A DNA stretch of 64,000 bases from Thermoplasmatota archaeon (GTDB lineage Archaea > Thermoplasmatota > E2 > JACPAO01 > JAHFTW01). Positions within the stretch are counted from its first letter, which is position 1, and each line of letters begins with the position of its first letter. The position numbers were made by a program, and so were the translations under genes. This document shows, in pieces, positions 9,769 through 18,457 of this stretch. The notes under the pieces were generated by a model. It saw only the letters and a program-made list of their open reading frames with translations. It had not been told where the DNA came from and did not search any database. Where the stretch lies: assembly GCA_035526765.1 (NCBI GenBank), contig DATLBS010000009.1, positions 7,570 to 71,569 of the forward strand. The letters run 5' to 3'.

Positions 9769-10923
9769 TCAAGGAAGCTTGTTGATGGTCGCGGCGACTT
9801 CCTTGCCGACGGCGCTGCACTTGTGCGTGCCCCCGAGGTCGTACGTGAAGACGCGCCGCTGCAGGCACTGCTGCGTCGCCGCCTCGATGCTGGCGGCACC
9901 CGCCACCATCCGCTTGTCGCCCTTCTTGGCCCCCAGGTGATCTAGCATCATGCCGATGGCGCCGATGGTGGCGTAGGGGTTCACGATGTCCTGGCCGGCG
10001 TGCTTGGGGGCGGAGCCATGGATGGGCTCGAACATGGCATGCCGGTCGCCGATGTTGCCTGATGCCGCCATGCCCATGCCGCCCTGCAGGACGGCGGCCA
10101 GGTCGGTCACGATGTCGCCCAGCATGTTCGTCGTCACCGCGACGTCGAACCATTCGGGGTTGCGCACGAGCCACTGCGTGAAGGCGTCCACGTACGCGTA
10201 GTCGGTCTTGATGCCAGGGTGCCCCTTTGCGACCTCATCGTAGCAGGCGCGGAACAGTCGGCAGCCGGCGCGCACGTTCGACTTGTCGATGCACGTGACC
10301 TTCGCGAAGTCCTTGTCGCCGGAGGCAGAGGGATGGGCCTTGCCTGCGGCCTTGCGGGCGGCGCGGCGGGCCTCCGCGATCTCGAACCCCTTCTTCGCGA
10401 GGCGCGTGCTGCCCTTGTGCGTGATGACGCGGGTGTCGATCGCGACCTCGTCCATGCCGCCGCGCGAGAGCATGCCGCGCGTGGGGGTGTAGGAGCCCTC
10501 CGTGTTCTCGCGCAGGATGACCATGTCGACGTTCTCGGGCCTCCACACCTGCATGAACTGCTCCGACACCTTGTGCGGCACGCCAGGGTAGAGTTTGCAG
10601 GGGCGCACGTTGGCGTAGAGGTCGAGGCCGAAGCGCAGGCCGAACACGACGCCCGCGCCCGCGATGTCGCCGTTGGGGAGGCTCACGCCTGGCCAGCCGA
10701 CGGCGCCCAGCAGCACGGCGTCGGCGTCGCTGCAGGCGGCGAGGCCGCCTTCTTCCCATTCCTTGCCGGTCTTCTGGTAGTACTGCGCGCCGCAGTCCAC
10801 CTTGCGGACGTCGAGATGGAAGCCATGCCTCTCCTGCACGGCCTCGAGCACCGCGAGCCCCGCCGCGGTTACTTCGGTGCCGACCCCGTCGCCAGGGAGT
10901 GCGATGACCTTCGCGTTCGCCAT
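9769..10923 (-). CDS. Isocitrate/isopropylmalate/tartrate dehydrogenase family enzyme
   Basis: LPGDGVGTEV, GAVGWP, DLYANVRP, LRENTEG, DKSNV, NMLGDIVTD, FEPIHGSAP. Confidence 0.9.
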   Translation of the reverse strand: MANAKVIALPGDGVGTEVTAAGLAVLEAVQERHGFHLDVRKVDCGAQYYQKTGKEWEEGGLAACSDADAVLLGAVGWPGVSLPNGDIAGAGVVFGLRFGLDLYANVRPCKLYPGVPHKVSEQFMQVWRPENVDMVILRENTEGSYTPTRGMLSRGGMDEVAIDTRVITHKGSTRLAKKGFEIAEARRAARKAAGKAHPSASGDKDFAKVTCIDKSNVRAGCRLFRACYDEVAKGHPGIKTDYAYVDAFTQWLVRNPEWFDVAVTTNMLGDIVTDLAAVLQGGMGMAASGNIGDRHAMFEPIHGSAPKHAGQDIVNPYATIGAIGMMLDHLGAKKGDKRMVAGAASIEAATQQCLQRRVFTYDLGGTHKCSAVGKEVAATINKLP

Positions 10924-10968
10924 TGCGGCGGGGACCCCAAGGACCGTTTTAACCCAACGGAGCAGCCG

Positions 10969-12636
10969 CTAGCAGGCAAAGCAGGTCATGCGCACGGGTT
11001 GCGGGGAGAGCTCCCCCCCTGGTGCCACCACGGGGAGGTGCAGGTCGACCTTCTGGTACACGGTGGCTCCGTTCTGGGAGGGCGTGTACACGAAGTCGGC
11101 GTTGGTGCCGGTGCTGGTCTCCGTGGCGCTGTCGAACCCCGTCGTGACCTCGAGATGGTGGCCGGGCCTGAGCTCGCGGTCCATGGGGAAGAACAGCAGG
11201 TCGAACGTCGTTGGGAGCCCGGGCGTGTAGGCGCTGGGGCCGCTGAGGTCGTCCTTGAGGGCGGGGCGCTTCACGGCCTCGTTGACCCAGGTGCGGTTGC
11301 CGTCGCCCACGTCGTAGAGGTTCAGGTGGAGGATGGGGTCGGGGGAAGCGGGCACGACCGTGACCTTGGCGTGGGGGACACCACTGAGACGGATCGTGGA
11401 GGTCGCGTTGGGCAGGGTGAGTGTGAACAGGGGGGTCGCGGCCGCGCCGGAGGAGACTCCGGGGACGACCGTCTCCTGCGAGGCCGGAGGCCATGCGGCC
11501 GAGTGCCTCCACACCTTGTCGGAGCCCATGACGTCGAAGCCCAGCTCGCGGTCGATGCCGGTGCCGATGCCCTTCAGGTAGTGGTCGAGCCAGCGCAGCA
11601 TCGTGACGTTCCAGTCGGTGCGCATGGGGTACAGGTGGCCGCCGTTGCCGGTCTCCTGGTGCAGCCAGCCCTTCACCTGGAGGCCCTTCTGCTGCACGAT
11701 GTCCACCCAGGGGTCGATGTGGTCGGGCTTGACGTTCCAGTCCTGCAGGCCGTGCACGAAGAAGATTGAGCCCTTCCATTCCGATTGCGGGAGATAGCGG
11801 GTCCAGTCGCGCTCCTGCCAGTAGGTGTCCTTGATGCCGCTGGCGGCCGTGCCCTCGCCGCTCTGGACGTGCTTGGCCAGCTCGGGGCAGCCAACGTCAT
11901 CGATGAGGCGGGCCAGGGACTGCGCGTCCTCGTCCTCCGACCCCCCGGACCCGACGCCGGCTGGGCTGCCGTACTCCTCGGTGCCCTCGCCGACGGCGTA
12001 GCGAGGTGTGAAGCTGAGGCCGTTCGTGTAGGTGACGCCGTCCTTGCCGTTGTAGCGGTACATGTCCGTGATGCCGGAGACGTGGAAGAGGGTCTTCAGA
12101 GCAGGGTGGGGGAACTTGGCGACCAGGCCGTTCTGCGTGGTCGAGTCGTACGACTTGCCGCCGGCGCCGATGGAGCCCGTGGACCAGGATTGCTTGGAGA
12201 AGAAGTCCACGACGTCGCGCGAATCCTTGAGCTCGAGGTCGCCGCCGACCTGGAAGCAGCCCTCGGAGTGGCCGGTGCCGCGCACGCTGGAGAGGACGAC
12301 GGCGTAGCCGCGGGGGACGTACTCGGAGATCATGTACTTCGCGAAGTTGTCGTCGCGCGTCATCGCCTGGTCGCCGTGGTAGGGGCTGAAGTTGATGAAG
12401 ACGGGGACCTTCTCCGTGGTGTCGGGACGGTAGACGGCGTTGTTGAGTCGCTTGCCGTCGACGCCGGAGGGGATCCAGACCTCCTCCGGGTCCTTGATCG
12501 CGTACTTGGCAGGGGAGAGGACGGTGAGGTCCGGGCCATGAGTCGCTGCCGGGTCCGTGCCGCCGCTCTTGCTGCCGGTGCATCCCGCCAGGACGCCCGC
12601 CGTCAGGACGAATGCGACAAGCCACGCCTTCTGCAT
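10969..12636 (-). CDS. CocE/NonD (peptidase S15-like) alpha/beta hydrolase lipoprotein
   Basis: Lipobox VLAGC; SPYHG, SVRGTGHSEG, nucleophile GKSYD, VHGLQDWNV. Confidence 0.85.
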   Translation of the reverse strand: MQKAWLVAFVLTAGVLAGCTGSKSGGTDPAATHGPDLTVLSPAKYAIKDPEEVWIPSGVDGKRLNNAVYRPDTTEKVPVFINFSPYHGDQAMTRDDNFAKYMISEYVPRGYAVVLSSVRGTGHSEGCFQVGGDLELKDSRDVVDFFSKQSWSTGSIGAGGKSYDSTTQNGLVAKFPHPALKTLFHVSGITDMYRYNGKDGVTYTNGLSFTPRYAVGEGTEEYGSPAGVGSGGSEDEDAQSLARLIDDVGCPELAKHVQSGEGTAASGIKDTYWQERDWTRYLPQSEWKGSIFFVHGLQDWNVKPDHIDPWVDIVQQKGLQVKGWLHQETGNGGHLYPMRTDWNVTMLRWLDHYLKGIGTGIDRELGFDVMGSDKVWRHSAAWPPASQETVVPGVSSGAAATPLFTLTLPNATSTIRLSGVPHAKVTVVPASPDPILHLNLYDVGDGNRTWVNEAVKRPALKDDLSGPSAYTPGLPTTFDLLFFPMDRELRPGHHLEVTTGFDSATETSTGTNADFVYTPSQNGATVYQKVDLHLPVVAPGGELSPQPVRMTCFAC

Positions 12637-12794
12637 GGCCGGTCCAGGCATCCTGCCCGGCAAAAGCGTTGCCTTGCCGGACCCGTGCGGGCTGGCCCCA
12701 TGATTCCGAGCGAGCACGTCGTGCGAGCCCGCAGGGGGTCGCGGGGACCGGAGGCCCCCGCAGGGGGGACAGGTGCGGGGGAAAGTTCACGGAG

Positions 12795-12862
12795 GTCTTG
12801 TCCCTCGATGGGCGATTGACCCCTCGTGTCGCGCGCGTCAACGGAGCGAGGTTGCGGCCGTG
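12795..12862 (+). repeat. Degenerate copy of mosaic-repeat module GTCTTGTCCCT...CCCCTCGTGTCGCGCG...ACGGAGCGAG
   Basis: Aligns with 35127-35195 and with the reverse complement of 57647-57690. Confidence 0.7.
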
Positions 12863-12899
12863 ATGGAAGCCCGCAGGGCTTACGATGCAGGGTTTGCTG

Positions 12900-13358
12900 T
12901 CAGGCGGCTTTGTGCTGCGGGCTGCGCGCACGGTCCACGAGATTGGCGACCTGGGCGCGCGCCTTGATGATGGCGGCGTTGACGACCTCGATGAGCTGGC
13001 TGGGCTGCACGGGCTTGGTGAGGAAGTTCTGGATGGCGGCCTCGTTGATGGCGCGCACGGCGACCTGCAGCTCGGGGTAGGCGGTCACGAGGATGCGCGC
13101 CGTCTGGGGGGCCAGTTGGCGGGCCTGCGTGAGGAACTCCAGGCCGTCCATGCCAGGCATGCGGTAATCGGAGAGCACGGCGTCGAGGCGTTCGCGGCGC
13201 ATGATCTCCAGGGCCTGGGGGCCGCCCGGAGCGGAGAAGACCTGCACCATGGGCAGCTCGGCGCGCAGGAGGTCCACGATGGAGTCCAGCACATCGGGTT
13301 CGTCGTCCACGACCAGGATGGCGACCGCGGAGGAGAGGGGGCGGGAGAGCTTCGACAT
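12900..13358 (-). CDS. Response regulator (receiver domain with short C-terminal helix)
   Basis: ILVVDDEPDV, VLSDYRMPGMDGLEFL, LVTAY, FLTKP. Confidence 0.9.
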   Translation of the reverse strand: MSKLSRPLSSAVAILVVDDEPDVLDSIVDLLRAELPMVQVFSAPGGPQALEIMRRERLDAVLSDYRMPGMDGLEFLTQARQLAPQTARILVTAYPELQVAVRAINEAAIQNFLTKPVQPSQLIEVVNAAIIKARAQVANLVDRARSPQHKAA

Positions 13359-13451
13359 CAGCGCCTTGTCCGCCACCGTCGCATATGAAGCGTGCCCCCC
13401 AAGACCAAATAGGGGGCTATCGGGACGCCGAAGCATCCTCGCGGGGGCGGG

Positions 13452-14360
13452 CTAGGGGTCTCCCTGGCCGCGCAGGCGGCGGATGCGCTCCTCCAGGGGA
13501 GGGTGCGTCGAGAACACCGTGTTGGCCTTGAGCCGCCGGAAGGGATTGTCAAGGTACAGCGCCGACACGGTGCGGTCCCCCTTGTCCGGGTGGGGCTGCC
13601 GGGACGCGATCTTCTCGAGGGCCGCGGCAAGGCCTTCCGGGTTGCGGGTGAGCTCGGCGCCGGAGGCGTCGGCCAGGTATTCGCGGCGGCGGCTGATGGC
13701 GAAGTAGACCATCTTGGAAAGGATGGGGGCCAGGATGATGAACACGATCGCGAAGATGAGGAGCAAGCCTCCGCCCTCGCGGCTGCCGCCCCGCCGGCCT
13801 CCTCCAAAGAGCATGGAGCGGAACATGATCTCCCCCAGCATCGCGATGAGGCCGATGAGCGCGATGGCGTACGTGGTGACCTTGATGTCCTGGTTGCGGA
13901 TGTGCGACAGCTCGTGCCCGATGACGCCCTGCAGCTCCTCCTGGGTGAGGGAGTTGAGGGCGCCCGTGGTCGCGCACACGATGGCTTCCTTGTAGTCGCG
14001 TCCGGTGGCGAACGCGTTGATGTCGTCGTCCTCCTGCACGTACACCTTGGGGATGGGATGGATGCCGGCGGCGATCGCCATCTCCTCGACCGCGTAGATG
14101 AGGAGCTTCTCCTCCCGCACCGCAGGGTTGGCAGGGCGGGCCCGCGCGGCCCGGAGGATGGTGTCCACGCCGGTGGAGGATGCGATGCCAAGGTAGACGA
14201 GGCCGATGACGAGCGCCAGGATGCCAGTGAAGATGGGCGGGTAGCCCAGCACGACGCCGACGGCGAAGACGAGGGCGGCCAGGATCAGGAACACGACCAC
14301 GAACAGCCACACGGTGGCCGCCTTGTTGTGGCGGACCTGCTCGTCCAGCATCATGGCCAT
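13452..14360 (-). CDS. htpX: HtpX-like M48 zinc metalloprotease
   Basis: INAFATG, HELSHIRNQD, ISRRREYLADASG, FSTHPPLEERI. Confidence 0.93.
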   Translation of the reverse strand: MAMMLDEQVRHNKAATVWLFVVVFLILAALVFAVGVVLGYPPIFTGILALVIGLVYLGIASSTGVDTILRAARARPANPAVREEKLLIYAVEEMAIAAGIHPIPKVYVQEDDDINAFATGRDYKEAIVCATTGALNSLTQEELQGVIGHELSHIRNQDIKVTTYAIALIGLIAMLGEIMFRSMLFGGGRRGGSREGGGLLLIFAIVFIILAPILSKMVYFAISRRREYLADASGAELTRNPEGLAAALEKIASRQPHPDKGDRTVSALYLDNPFRRLKANTVFSTHPPLEERIRRLRGQGDP

Positions 14361-14394
14361 CAGGCACCTGCCGCGCGGCTGGGGGGCATCGCCT

Positions 14395-14946
14395 TCAGAA
14401 CTTCACGACGGGGACGGCCTTCGAGGCCTCGGGGACGGCCAGCATGGGGCGCGCCTGGCGGTTGCCGGCGAACCACTTGCCAGGATACGTCTGGATGGCG
14501 TTGTTGTAGCGCAGCACGGAGTCGTTGTAGTTCTGGCGCGCGAAGGAGATCTTGTTCTCCGTGTGCGACAGCTCGTCCTGCAGCTGCAGGAAGTTCGTGT
14601 TGGCCTTGAGGTCGGGGTAGGCCTCGCTGATGGCGAAGAGGCGGCCGAGGGCGGCGCCCAGCTGGTTGCTGGCATCCATCTTCTCCTGGGGACCGGAGGC
14701 GCCGACCATGCGGGCGCGGGCGTCCGAGACGGCAGCGAGCGTCGTCTTCTCATGGGAGGCGTAGCCCTTCACGGTCTCGATGAGGTTGGGGATCAGTTCC
14801 CCGCGGCGCTGCATCTGGACGTCGATCTGTGCCCAGGCATTGTCGATGGCGTTGCCGTAGCGGGTGAAGCGGTTGATGGCCGAGAAGATCCAGATGACGA
14901 GGATCACGGCGAGGGCGATCAGCAGGAAGGTCAACCAGGATGCCAT
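14395..14946 (-). CDS. lemA: LemA family protein
   Basis: N-terminal TM; NAWAQIDVQMQRRGELIPNL, EAYPDLKANTNFLQLQDEL..TENKI..ARQNYND; lies upstream of htpX. Confidence 0.93.
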   Translation of the reverse strand: MASWLTFLLIALAVILVIWIFSAINRFTRYGNAIDNAWAQIDVQMQRRGELIPNLIETVKGYASHEKTTLAAVSDARARMVGASGPQEKMDASNQLGAALGRLFAISEAYPDLKANTNFLQLQDELSHTENKISFARQNYNDSVLRYNNAIQTYPGKWFAGNRQARPMLAVPEASKAVPVVKF

Positions 14947-15248
14947 GGGCTCGACCGGCATTCCATCGCCGTGGAGTTAAGGTTGGTGCCTGCGGCCAAG
15001 CGGCGATGCGCGCGCCTGCGTTGCCTGAAGACCAGCAGCAGTGAGGGCTCGCCGATTGGTGGTCGGGCGCTCCGCGTCCGGCCCTGGATCGATTCCCATC
15101 CAACAATCCTTCGACGGATGGGCCGACGGTCGGGAACACCATCCGCCGGTGTCCAACCGGAATGCAGTGGGAAGCGGACAAAGTCAGCCCGGGGGCCCCG
15201 TGTTCTCGGTGGCTGGGAGCTGGAAAACAAAGGTCAAGCCTGCAAGGC

Positions 15249-15650
15249 TCAGGTTTCTGGCTTGATGGCCTCGAGCTTCGCGCGCAGGTCGGCCGGGATC
15301 TCCACGGTGCGCTTGGCCTTGTAATCGTAGGCCACCTGCACCGTCTCCACGGTCGCGAACACGAACCGGTCCGTGCGGCGCCGAAGCTGGTAGCTGAACG
15401 TCCACGACTTGCCGCCAATGCGGCTGGTCCACATCACGAGTTCCAGCGGGTCGGACTTCGCGATGGGCGCCTTGTACTCGATGTGGGCGGACGCGATGAT
15501 GAACGGCAGGTTCGCCATGGAAGGGTACCCCTGCGCCTGGAACCAGTCGCACCGCACCGTCTCGGCGTACGTCAGCATCACGGCGTGGTTGACATGGTCG
15601 AGTGCATCGATGTCACGGAACCGCACAGGCATCTCCTGCACATGGGCCAT
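15249..15650 (-). CDS. Acyl-CoA thioesterase (4HBT/YbgC family)
   Basis: VRFRDIDALDHVNHAVMLTY hot-dog fold motif. Confidence 0.88.
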   Translation of the reverse strand: MAHVQEMPVRFRDIDALDHVNHAVMLTYAETVRCDWFQAQGYPSMANLPFIIASAHIEYKAPIAKSDPLELVMWTSRIGGKSWTFSYQLRRRTDRFVFATVETVQVAYDYKAKRTVEIPADLRAKLEAIKPET

Positions 15651-15738
15651 CGCGGGCCGCACCGGCGCCGGCCAGGAAAGGTTTGCCCCCCCAGGGGCCG
15701 CTGCGCTGGACGCCGCGCGACTCTGGCCGCCGGCGTGA

Positions 15739-16269
15739 CTACTGCAGCCACCTGGGCCGCTCGTCCCTGGCCGCGTGGCGCTCCTCCTCGAGGCGCGCCT
15801 CCAGGCCACGCGCCCGCCCGATCGTGCGCCCGGGGACCACGAGGACCGGGATCCAGCTTCGCGCCAGCACGCCCTCGGCAACGGAGCCCAGCACCGCGTG
15901 GCTGACGCCGGTGTGGCCGTGGCTGCCCACGACGATGGCGCGCGCCTTCACGCGCTGCGCCTCCTCGATCAGCACGTCCGCAGGCCGCCCAGGGCGGCTC
16001 ACCAGTTCGGCAGCGACCTCGCGCCGGACGCGGTGCAGCCACTCCTCGGCCACGGTGGCCTCCGAGGCGGTGACATCCGTGGACTCGTTGCGCTCTGCAT
16101 CGTATTGTGGGTGCATGAGGTCCAGGCCCGGGGCGCCCAGGGGCTTCAGCGCGTGCACGAGCAGGACGTCTGCGCCCCATTCCTTGGCCATGCGGATGGC
16201 GGTGTCGCAGGCACGCCTTGAGGCGGGGGAGAAGTCGACCCCCAGGACGATGGTCGGGATGCGTTGCAT
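15739..16269 (-). CDS. Universal stress protein (UspA family)
   Basis: IVLGVDFSPAS, IVVGSHGHTGVSHAVLGSVAEGVL..PVLVVP. Confidence 0.9.
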   Translation of the reverse strand: MQRIPTIVLGVDFSPASRRACDTAIRMAKEWGADVLLVHALKPLGAPGLDLMHPQYDAERNESTDVTASEATVAEEWLHRVRREVAAELVSRPGRPADVLIEEAQRVKARAIVVGSHGHTGVSHAVLGSVAEGVLARSWIPVLVVPGRTIGRARGLEARLEEERHAARDERPRWLQ

Positions 16270-16412
16270 GGCCTTTCCATCGGTCTTGCGGCTAGATACC
16301 GAGGCAGGGACGGAACCGGCGGCAACAGGAAGGAGACGCAGGGACGAACTTGGTGGCACGGGGCGGACTTGGTGGTGCCGCGAGGCGTGAGCGCGTTGTG
16401 CGTGAAAAGCGC

Positions 16413-17018
16413 CTAGTCGCGCTTGAAATCGGCTTCCGCGGGATTGCCGGGCGCGGTGTGGATGGCGCCACCGCGCTTCTGCAGCTTGTGGCGAACGATG
16501 TTGACGAGGCCGCCAGCGTCCAGGATCTCGATGGCCTTGGCGCTCAGGGGGATGCCCCTGGTCTCGATGCCCCGGGCCTGGTTGCGCACGACGCCTTTCT
16601 CGAGGTCGACCGTGACGGTCTCGCCGTCCCGCACGAAGTCCTTCGGCATGTCGGGGCACTCCATGACGGGGAGGCCCACGTTGATGGCGTTGCGGTAGAA
16701 GATGCGGGCGAAGCTGCGGGCGATGACCACGGGGATGCCGGCGCCCAGCATGGAAAGGGGCGCGTGCTCACGGGAGCTGCCACACCCAAGGTTGTCCCCC
16801 GCCACCAGGATGTCCCCCGCCTTGACCAGCTGCGGGAAGTCCTGCCGCCACCCCTCCAGGATGTGCTCGCTCAGCCCCTTCGGGTCGATGATGGTGAGGT
16901 ACTTGCCGGGTGTGATCATGTCCGTGTCGACGGAGTCCGGCAACGCCCAGGCGCGGCCCGAGAACTGGGTGCGGAAATGCAGCTGCGGCGCGGCCACGCC
17001 TGCGCCACGGGGGCCCAC
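16413..17018 (-). CDS. leuD: Isopropylmalate/homoaconitate dehydratase small subunit
   Basis: DSVDTDMITPGKYL, GDNLGCGSSREHA, SFARIFYRNAINVGLP; start uncertain (17018 or 16997); could be hacB-type. Confidence 0.88.
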   Translation of the reverse strand: MGPRGAGVAAPQLHFRTQFSGRAWALPDSVDTDMITPGKYLTIIDPKGLSEHILEGWRQDFPQLVKAGDILVAGDNLGCGSSREHAPLSMLGAGIPVVIARSFARIFYRNAINVGLPVMECPDMPKDFVRDGETVTVDLEKGVVRNQARGIETRGIPLSAKAIEILDAGGLVNIVRHKLQKRGGAIHTAPGNPAEADFKRD

Positions 17019-17072
17019 GATTTAGCCCTCGCCCCAGACGCCTCAAGTAGCGGGGCCGCCAGAGCCTGGGGC

Positions 17073-17471
17073 ATGCCGAAGGCGCCACGCAGCCCGAGGG
17101 GTGGCCCGCCCCCAGCTCCAGGCCCCGCCGCGCCCGGTGCCGGAGCCGCGGAACCGCCGCCGCCCTCCCGGCCGCAAAAGCTCCGGCCCCTCCAACTGAA
17201 GGTCGACCCCGATCGGTTCCCCGGGCTGCCGCAGCACCCGGAACTCGAGCGCGCGCTGCTGATCCGCCAGGCCCTGGAGAAGGGCATGACGCGCGACGAG
17301 GCCATCACGGTCGCGGAGATGACGATGGGGCCGCGCGCGCCGAGGATGGAGCACCTGCGCCCCGCGGGCAGGCCCGACACTGCCAAGCGACCGGCCAGCA
17401 GGAAGGCCAGGGCGAAGCAGGCCTCGCCCGTGCCCGCGGCCGCGGCGAAGGCCGTCAGACGCCGCGCTTGA
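17073..17471 (+). CDS. Hypothetical basic protein with low-complexity ends
   Basis: ATG at 17073; ordered core HPELERALLIRQALEKGMTRDEAITVAE flanked by P/A/R/K-rich tails. Confidence 0.55.
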   Translation: MPKAPRSPRGGPPPAPGPAAPGAGAAEPPPPSRPQKLRPLQLKVDPDRFPGLPQHPELERALLIRQALEKGMTRDEAITVAEMTMGPRAPRMEHLRPAGRPDTAKRPASRKARAKQASPVPAAAAKAVRRRA

Positions 17472-18122
17472 GGCCGGCCGCCCGGCGGATGTCCCGGTTC
17501 TCCAGGACATGCTTGGCGTGGCCGTGCCTTGCGATTTCCACCATGGCCTTGCCCAGTTCGTCGCCGTGACCATCCCGGCAGGGTAGACGCCGCGGACGAT
17601 GGGTTGCAGCACACGCATGAGCCGGTCCTGCAGGAGCGGCGACCCCACCTGCGCCGGAGGATGGATGTACGCTGGCCGCAGATGCCACAACCCGGCGAGG
17701 CCCAAGGCGTCCAACGCCCTCTCGGCCTGGCCTTTCTCGACGGCGAACGGCATGCGCGACCGGCCCGTGGGGTCTGCGCCCCCTCCAGACAGGTGAAGGA
17801 ACCTCACGCCCGGATTCGCCTCCTTGAGCGCCTTGGCGCCCGCCACCACGAAGTCCACGGTGATGCGGTGCAGCTCCGGCCGCGACACCCGGAACTGCGA
17901 CGTCCCCAGGCACCACAGCGCCGCATCGACATCCACGAAGCGGTCGGCCACCGCGCCATGGTCCATGAAATCCTCGTGCTGCACGAACTCCACCTTCGGG
18001 TGCACCGTGTGGGGCGCACGCCGTGCCAGCACGACGACCTGTTCGATGGCTTCATCCTGGATGGCTTGGCGGAGCACACCCGACCCGGCGGTCCCCGTCG
18101 CCCCCGTCAACAGGACGCGCAT
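17455..18122 (-). pseudogene. NAD(P)-binding epimerase-like protein with a 1-nt frameshift near 17565
   Basis: MRVLLTGATGTAG N-terminus in one frame; the natural C-terminus DELGKAMVEIA..HVLENRDI is in another frame; span 668 nt = 3n+2. Confidence 0.75.
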
Positions 18123-18294
18123 GCGGCCCCCAAGACGCACCACTTCAAGGCCTTGGGCGTGGCGGCAGGTCCACCCCGACCCAACCCCCGCTCTCCAGCC
18201 AGAACAGCACCGCCTCCTCGATGACCTCGTAGTAAGGTTGCCGCGGATGGAGTCGTTCGGCGGCGAATCAAATCGCGCAGGACAACTGGGACCT

Positions 18295-18375
18295 CGATGA
18301 CGGTGCAATCGGTGGCGACCATGGGATTCCGCGGACGTCCATGGATTTCCGCGGACCTCCGTGGCTGTCCATGGA
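18295..18375. repeat. Six 8-bp quasi-palindromes (core CCRYGG) at 10-nt period plus a CACCGAT arm on the minus strand
   Basis: ACCATGGG 18318, TCCGCGGA 18328, TCCATGGA 18338, TCCGCGGA 18348, TCCGTGGC 18358, TCCATGGA 18368. Confidence 0.8.
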
Positions 18376-18457
18376 TGGACCCCCGGTTGAGTCTTGCAGG
18401 GAGCCGGGTGGAACCGGACGCCCGTTGGCCTGACCGTGCGCTTTGGACGTCCTTGGC

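Noticed and set aside
12725-12795. GGGGAAAGTTC after GC-rich stems, resembling the RNase P RNA 5' motif
   Set aside because: The downstream RNase P conserved regions are not visible, and the adjacent sequence belongs to the repeat family
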